Origin: Auanema rhodensis
Taxonomy: Eukaryota; Animalia; Nematoda
NCBI GenBank assembly: GCA_964057225.1
Contig: CAXKVF010000089.1
Span: 1 to 64,000 of the forward strand
Direction: 5' to 3'
Length of the DNA stretch: 64,000 bases
Below are positions 56,601-64,000 of this stretch, piece by piece. The notes under the pieces are model-generated. The model had not been told where the DNA came from. It did no database searches and saw only the letters and a program-made list of their open reading frames with translations. Both the position numbers and the translations under genes were made by a program. The stretch's first letter is position 1. Every line of letters starts with the position of its first letter.

Positions 56601-59600
56601 CGAGTTACATACCAAGTGCACATCACGTGTACATTTAATTAGCATAAATTAAAGTTCACGTAAATTTCAAAGTCATGGTTACCATGAACCAATATCAATA
56701 AAAATTTGTTTTTAGACTAATATGGACATGGGGAATCTAATTTTGAAAACCGCATCTCTTTATCTTTCACGTGAAGCGAGTTACATACCAAGTGCACATC
56801 ACGTGTACATTTAATTAGCATAAATTAAAGTTCACGTAAATTTCAAAGTCATGGTTACCATGAACCAATATCAATAAAAATTTGTTTTTAGACTAATATG
56901 GACATGGGGAATCTAATTTTGAAAACCGCATCTCTTTATCTTTCACGTGAAGCGAGTTACATACCAAGTGCACATCACGTGTACATTTAATTAGCATAAA
57001 TTAAAGTTCACGTAAATTTCAAAGTCATGGTTACCATGCACCAATATCAATAAAAATTTGTTTTTAGACTAATATAGACATGGGGAATCTAATTGTGAAA
57101 ACCGCATCTCTTTATCTTTCACGTGAAGCGAGTTACATACCAAGTGCACATCACGTGTACATTTAATTAGCATAAATTAAAGTTCACGTAAATTTCAAAG
57201 TCATGGTTACCATGAACCAATATCAATAAAAATTTGTTTTTAGACTAATATGGACATGGGGAATCTAATTTTGAAAACCGCATCTCTTTATCTTTCACGT
57301 GAAGCGAGTTACATACCAAGTGCACATCACGTGTACATTTAATTAGCATAAATTAAAGTTCACGTAAATTTCAAAGTCATGGTTACCATGAACCAATATC
57401 AATAAAAATTTGTTTTTAGACTAATATGGACATGGGGAATCTAATTTTGAAAACCGCATCTCTTTATCTTTCACGTGAAGCGAGTTACATACCAAGTGCA
57501 CATCACGTGTACATTTAATTAGCATAAATTAAAGTTCACGTAAATTTCAAAGTCATGGTTACCATGCACCAATATCAATAAAAATTTGTTTTTAGACTAA
57601 TATAGACATGGGGAATCTAATTGTGAAAACCGCATCTCTTTATCTTTCACGTGAAGCGAGTTACATACCAAGTGCACATCACGTGTACATTTAATTAGCA
57701 TAAATTAAAGTTCACGTAAATTTCAAAGTCATGGTTACCATGAACCAATATCAATAAAAATTTGTTTTTAGACTAATATGGACATGGGGAATCTAATTGT
57801 GAAAACCGCATCTCTTTATCTTTCACGTGAAGCGAGTTACATACCAAGTGCACATCACGTGTACATTTAATTAGCATAAATTAAAGTTCACGTAAATTTC
57901 AAAGTCATGGTTACCATGAACCAATATCAATAAAAATTTGTTTTTAGACTAATATGGACATGGGGAATCTAATTTTGAAAACCGCATCTCTTTATCTTTC
58001 ACGTGAAGCGAGTTACATACCAAGTGCACATCACGTGTACATTTAATTAGCGTAAATTAAAGTTCACGTAAATTTCAAAGTCATGGTTACCATGAACCAA
58101 TATCAATAAAAATTTGTTTTTAGACTAATATGGACATGGGGAATCTAATTTTGAAAACCGCATCTCTTTATCTTTCATGTGAAGCGAGTTACATACCAAG
58201 TGCACATCACGTGTACATTTAATTAGCATAAATTAAAGTTCACGTAAATTTCAAAGTCATGGTTACCATGAACCAATATCAATAAAAATTTGTTTTTAGA
58301 CTAATATGGACATGGGGAATCTAATTTTGAAAACCGCATCTCTTTATCTTTCACGTGAAGCGAGTTACATACCAAGTGCACATCACGTGTACATTTAATT
58401 AGCATAAATTAAAGTACACGTAAATTTCAAAGTCATGGTTACCATGCACCAATATCAATAAAAATTTGTTTTTAGACTAATATGGACATGGGGAATCTAA
58501 TTTTGAAAACCGCATCTCTTTATCTTTCACGTGAAGCGAGTTACATACCAAGTGCACATCACGTGTACATTTAATTAGCATAAATTAAAGTTCACGTAAA
58601 TTTCAAAGTCATGGTTACCATGAACCAATATCAATAAAAATTTGTTTTTAGACTAATATGGACATGGGGAATCTAATTTTGAAAACCGCATTTCTTTATC
58701 TTTCACGTGAAGCGAGTTACATACCAAGTGCACATCACGTGTACATTTAATTAGCATAAATTAAAGTTCACGTAAATTTCAAAGTCATGGTTACCATGAA
58801 CCAATATCAATAAAAATTTGTTTTTAGACTAATATGGACATGGGGAATCTAATTTTGAAAACCGCATCTCTTTATCTTTCACGTGAAGCGAGTTACATAC
58901 CAAGTGCACATCACGTGTACATTTAATTAGCATAAATTAAAGTTCACGTAAATTTCAAAGTCATGGTTACCATGAAGCAATATCAATAAAAATTTGTTTT
59001 TAGACTAATATGGACATGGGGAATCTAATTTTGAAAACCGCATCTCTTTATCTTTCACGTGAAGCGAGTTACATACCAAGTGCACATCACGTGTACATTT
59101 AATTAGCATAAATTAAAGTTCACGTAAATTTCAAAGTCATGGTTACCATGAACCAATATCAATAAAAATTTGTTTTTAGACTAATATGGACATGGGGAAT
59201 CTAATTTTGAAAACCGCATCTCTTTATCTTTCACGTGAAGCGAGTTACATACCAAGTGCACATCACGTGTACATTTAATTAGCATAAATTAAAGTTCACG
59301 TAAATTTCAAAGTCATGGTTACCATGCACCAATATCAATAAAAATTTGTTTTTAGACTAATATGGACATGGGGAATCTAATTGTGAAAACCGCATCTCTT
59401 TATCTTTCACGTGAAGCGAGTTACATACCAAGTGCACATCACGTGTACATTTAATTAGCATAAATTAAAGTTCACGTAAATTTCAAAGTCATGGTTACCA
59501 TGAACCAATATCAATAAAAATTTGTTTTTAGACTAATATGGACATGGGGAATCTAATTTTGAAAACCGCATCTCTTTATCTTTCACGTGAAGCGAGTTAC

Positions 59601-59663
59601 ATACCAAGTGCACATCACGTGTACATTTAATTAGCATAAATTAAAGTTCACGTAAATTTCAAA
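53680..59663. repeat. Roughly 12-monomer block duplicated at a 22-monomer (3872 bp) offset: 53680-55791 and 57552-59663
   Basis: The series T72G, T72G, A149G, C99T, C85T, C18G, T72G is shared. Differences: A32T and A26G in the first copy, G53A and T161A in the second. Confidence 0.83.
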
Positions 59664-62600
59664 GTCATGGTTACCATGAAGCAATATCAATAAAAATTTG
59701 TTTTTAGACTAATATGGACATGGGGAATCTAATTTTGAAAACCGCATCTCTTTATCTTTCACGTGAAGCGAGTTACATACCAAGTGCACATCACGTGTAC
59801 ATTTAATTAGCATAAATTAAAGTTCACGTAAATTTCAAAGTCATGGTTACCATGAACCAATATCAATAAAAATTTGTTTTTAGACTAATATGGACATGGG
59901 GAATCTAATTTTGAAAACCGCATCTCTTTATCTTTCACGTGAAGCGAGTTACATACCAAGTGCACATCACGTGTACATTTAATTAGCATAAATTAAAGTT
60001 CACGTAAATTTCAAAGTCATGGTTACCATGAAGCAATATCAATAAAAATTTGTTTTTAGACTAATATGGACATGGGGAATCTAATTTTGAAAACCGCATC
60101 TCTTTATCTTTCACGTGAAGCGAGTTACATACCAAGTGCACATCACGTGTACATTTAATTAGCATAAATTAAAGTTCACGTAAATTTCAAAGTCATGGTT
60201 ACCATGAAGCAATATCAATAAAAATTTGTTTTTAGACTAATATGGACATGGGGAATCTAATTTTGAAAACCGCATCTCTTTATCTTTCACGTGAAGCGAG
60301 TTACATACCAAGTGCACATCACGTGTACATTTAATTAGCATAAATTAAAGTTCACGTAAATTTCAAAGTCATGGTTACCATGCACCAATATCAATAAAAA
60401 TTTGTTTTTAGACTAATATGGACATGGGGAATCTAATTTTGAAAACCGCATCTCTTTATCTTTCACGTGAAGCGAGTTACATACCAAGTGCACATCACGT
60501 GTACATTTAATTAGCATAAATTAAAGTTCACGTAAATTTCAAAGTCATGGTTACCATGCACCAATATCAATAAAAATTTGTTTTTAGACTAATATGGACA
60601 TGGGGAATCTAATTTTGAAAACCGCATCTCTTTATCTTTCACGTGAAGCGAGTTACATACCAAGTGCACATCACGTGTACATTTAATTAGCATAAATTAA
60701 AGTTCACGTAAATTTCAAAGTCATGGTTACCATGAAGCAATATCAATAAAAATTTGTTTTTAGACTAATATGGACATGGGGAATCTAATTTTGAAAACCG
60801 CATCTCTTTATCTTTCACGTGAAGCGAGTTACATACCAAGTGCACATCACGTGTACATTTAATTAGCATAAATTAAAGTTCACGTAAATTTCAAAGTCAT
60901 GGTTACCATGAACCAATATCAATAAAAATTCGTTTTTAGACTAATATGGACATGGGGAATCTAATTTTGAAAACCGCATCTCTTTATCTTTCACGTGAAG
61001 CGAGTTACATACCAAGTGCACATCACGTGTACATTTAATTAGCATAAATTAAAGTTCACGTAAATTTCAAAGTCATGGTTACCATGCACCAATATCAATA
61101 AAAATTTGTTTTTAGACTAATATGGACATGGGGAATCTAATTGTGAAAACCGCATCTCTTTATCTTTCACGTGAAGCGAGTTACATACCAAGTGCACATC
61201 ACGTGTACATTTAATTAGCATAAATTAAAGTTCACGTAAATTTCAAAGTCATGGTTACCATGAACCAATATCAATAAAAATTTGTTTTTAGACTAATATG
61301 GACATGGGGAATCTAATTTTGAAAACCGCATCTCTTTATCTTTCACGTGAAGCGAGTTACATACCAAGTGCACATCACGTGTACATTTAATTAGCATAAA
61401 TTAAAGTTCACGTAAATTTCAAAGTCATGGTTACCATGAAGCAATATCAATAAAAATTTGTTTTTAGACTAATATGGACATGGGGAATCTAATTTTGAAA
61501 ACCGCATCTCTTTATCTTTCACGTGAAGCGAGTTACATACCAAGTGCACATCACGTGTACATTTAATTAGCATAAATTAAAGTTCACGTAAATTTCAAAG
61601 TCATGGTTACCATGAACCAATATCAATAAAAATTTGTTTTTAGACTAATATGGACATGGGGAATCTAATTTTGAAAACCGCATCTCTTTATCTTTCACGT
61701 GAAGCGAGTTACATACCAAGTGCACATCACGTGTACATTTAATTAGCATAAATTAAAGTTCACGTAAATTTCAAAGTCATGGTTACCATGCACCAATATC
61801 AATAAAAATTTGTTTTTAGACTAATATGGACATGGGGAATCTAATTTTGAAAACCGCATCTCTTTATCTTTCACGTGAAGCGAGTTACATACCAAGTGCA
61901 CATCACGTGTACATTTAATTAGCATAAATTAAAGTTCACGTAAATTTCAAAGTCATGGTTACCATGCACCAATATCAATAAAAATTTGTATTTAGACTAA
62001 TATGGACATGGGGAATCTAATTTTGAAAACCGCATCTCTTTATCTTTCACGTGAAGCGAGTTACATACCAAGTGCACATCACGTGTACATTTAATTAGCA
62101 TAAATTAAAGTTCACGTAAGTTTCAAAGTCATGGTTACCATGAAGCAATATCAATAAAAATTTGTTTTTAGACTAATATGGACATGGGGAATCTAATTTT
62201 GAAAACCGCATCTCTTTATCTTTCACGTGAAGCGAGTTACATACCAAGTGCACATCACGTGTACATTTAATTAGCATAAATTAAAGTTCACGTAAATTTC
62301 AAAGTCATGGTTACCATGAACCAATATCAATAAAATTTTGTTTTTAGACTAATATGGACATGGGGAATCTAATTTTGAAAACCGCATCTCTTTATCTTTC
62401 ACGTGAAGCGAGTTACATACCAAGTGCACATCACGTGTACATTTAATTAGCATAAATTAAAGTTCACGTAAATTTCAAAGTCATGGTTACCATGAACCAA
62501 TATCAATAAAAATTTGTTTTTAGACTAATATGGACATGGGGAATCTAATTTTGAAAACCGCATCTCTTTATCTTTCATGTGAAGCGAGTTACATACCAAG

Positions 62601-64000
62601 TGCACATCACGTGTACATTTAATTAGCATAAATTAAAGTTCACGTAAATTTCAAAGTCATGGTTACCATGAAGCAATATCAATAAAAATTTGTTTTTAGA
62701 CTAATATGGACATGGGGAATCTAATTTTGAAAACCGCATCTCTTTATCTTTCACGTGAAGCGAGTTACATACCAAGTGCACATCACGTGTACATTTAATT
62801 AGCATAAATTAAAGTTCACGTAAATTTCAAAGTCATGGTTACCATGAACCAATATCAATAAAAATTTGTTTTTAGACTAATATGGTCATGGGGAATCTAA
62901 TTTTGAAAACCGCATCTCTTTATCTTTCACGTGAAGCGAGTTACATACCAAGTGCACATCACGTGTACATTTAATTAGCATAAATTAAAGTTCACGTAAA
63001 TTTCAAAGTCATGGTTACCATGAAACAATATCAATAAAAATTTGTTTTTAGACTAATATGGACATGGGGAATCTAATTTTGAAAACCGCATCTCTTTATC
63101 TTTCACGTGAAGCGAGTTACATACCAAGTGCACATCACGTGTACATTTAATTAGCATAAATTAAAGTTCACGTAAATTTCAAAGTCATGGTTACCATGAA
63201 CCAATATCAATAAAAATTTGTTTTTAGACTAATATGGACATGGGGAATCTAATTTTGAAAACCGCATCTCTTTATCTTTCACGTGAAGCGAGTTACATAC
63301 CAAGTGCACATCACGTGTACATTTAATTAGCATAAATTAAAGTTCACGTAAATTTCAAAGTCATGGTTACCATGCACCAATATCAATAAAAATTTGTTTT
63401 TAGACTAATATGGACATGGGGAATCTAATTTTGAAAACCGCATCTCTTTATCTTTCACGTGAAGCGAGTTACATACCAAGTGCACATCACGTGTACATTT
63501 AATTAGCATAAATTAAAGTTCACGTAAATTTCAAAGTCATGGTTACCATGCACCAATATCAATAAAAATTTGTATTTAGACTAATATGGACATGGGGAAT
63601 CTAATTTTGAAAACCGCATCTCTTTATCTTTCACGTGAAGCGAGTTACATACCAAGTGCACATCACGTGTACATTTAATTAGCATAAATTAAAGTTCACG
63701 TAAGTTTCAAAGTCATGGTTACCATGAAGCAATATCAATAAAAATTTGTTTTTAGACTAATATGGACATGGGGAATCTAATTTTGAAAACCGCATCTCTT
63801 TATCTTTCACGTGAAGCGAGTTACATACCAAGTGCACATCACGTGTACATTTAATTAGCATAAATTAAAGTTCACGTAAATTTCAAAGTCATGGTTACCA
63901 TGAACCAATATCAATAAAAATTTGTTTTTAGACTAATATGGACATGGGGAATCTAATTTTGAAAACCGCATCTCTTTATCTTTCACGTGAAGCGAGTTAC

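Larger units (their letters stand above)
1..64000. repeat. 176-bp tandem satellite DNA array (about 363.6 monomers), candidate centromeric satellite
   Basis: gtcatggttaccatg recurs every 176 bp (1, 177, 353 ... 2641, 5281 ... 34321). After a 1-bp deletion near 36460 monomers start at multiples of 176 (36960 ... 63360, 63888). There is no non-satellite sequence and no orientation switch. The centromeric role is inferred, not shown. Confidence 0.99.

Noticed and set aside
1-64000. CRISPR array
   Set aside because: There are no unique spacers, the entire 176 bp is repeated, and there are no cas genes.
1-64000. A single regular array-wide HOR or a coded message in the C/A pattern
   Set aside because: Periods vary locally (2, 6, 8, 9, 10, 11, 14, 16, 22, 47-65 monomers) and are explained by nested duplications.
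1-64000. Embedded transposon, inversion or unique island
   Set aside because: The 176-bp register holds throughout, apart from one 1-bp deletion, which leaves no room for inserted sequence.

Overview
The whole 64 kb window is one uninterrupted head-to-tail array of a 176-bp AT-rich (about 32% GC) satellite: 363 full monomers plus a 113-bp partial copy, all in the same orientation. Consensus: gtcatggttaccatg[c/a]accaatatcaataaaaatttgtttttagactaatatggacatggggaatctaattttgaaaaccgcatctctttatctttcacgtgaagcgagttacataccaagtgcacatcacgtgtacatttaattagcataaattaaagttcacgtaaatttcaaa. Monomers differ from this by about 0-7 substitutions, and I found only one indel (1 bp, near 36460). Nucleosome-sized monomers, very high homogeneity and the absence of insertions fit the core of a eukaryotic centromeric satellite array (inference; I cannot identify the species). 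I found no genes, transposons, RNA genes or CRISPR, and the seven 60-aa ORFs arise from a single stop-removing SNP. The information lies in two places. First, the monomer is rich in dyads and carries a CENP-B-box-like 17-mer, a CDEI-like E-box and three phased TCACGT motifs, and it has a conserved half and a variable half. Second, the SNP pattern across monomers records nested in-register duplications of 2 to 65 monomers, a nascent 6-mer higher-order repeat, recombinant monomers and a left-to-right turnover of variants. Variant names such as C80A give the position within the monomer, and all tallies were made by eye.
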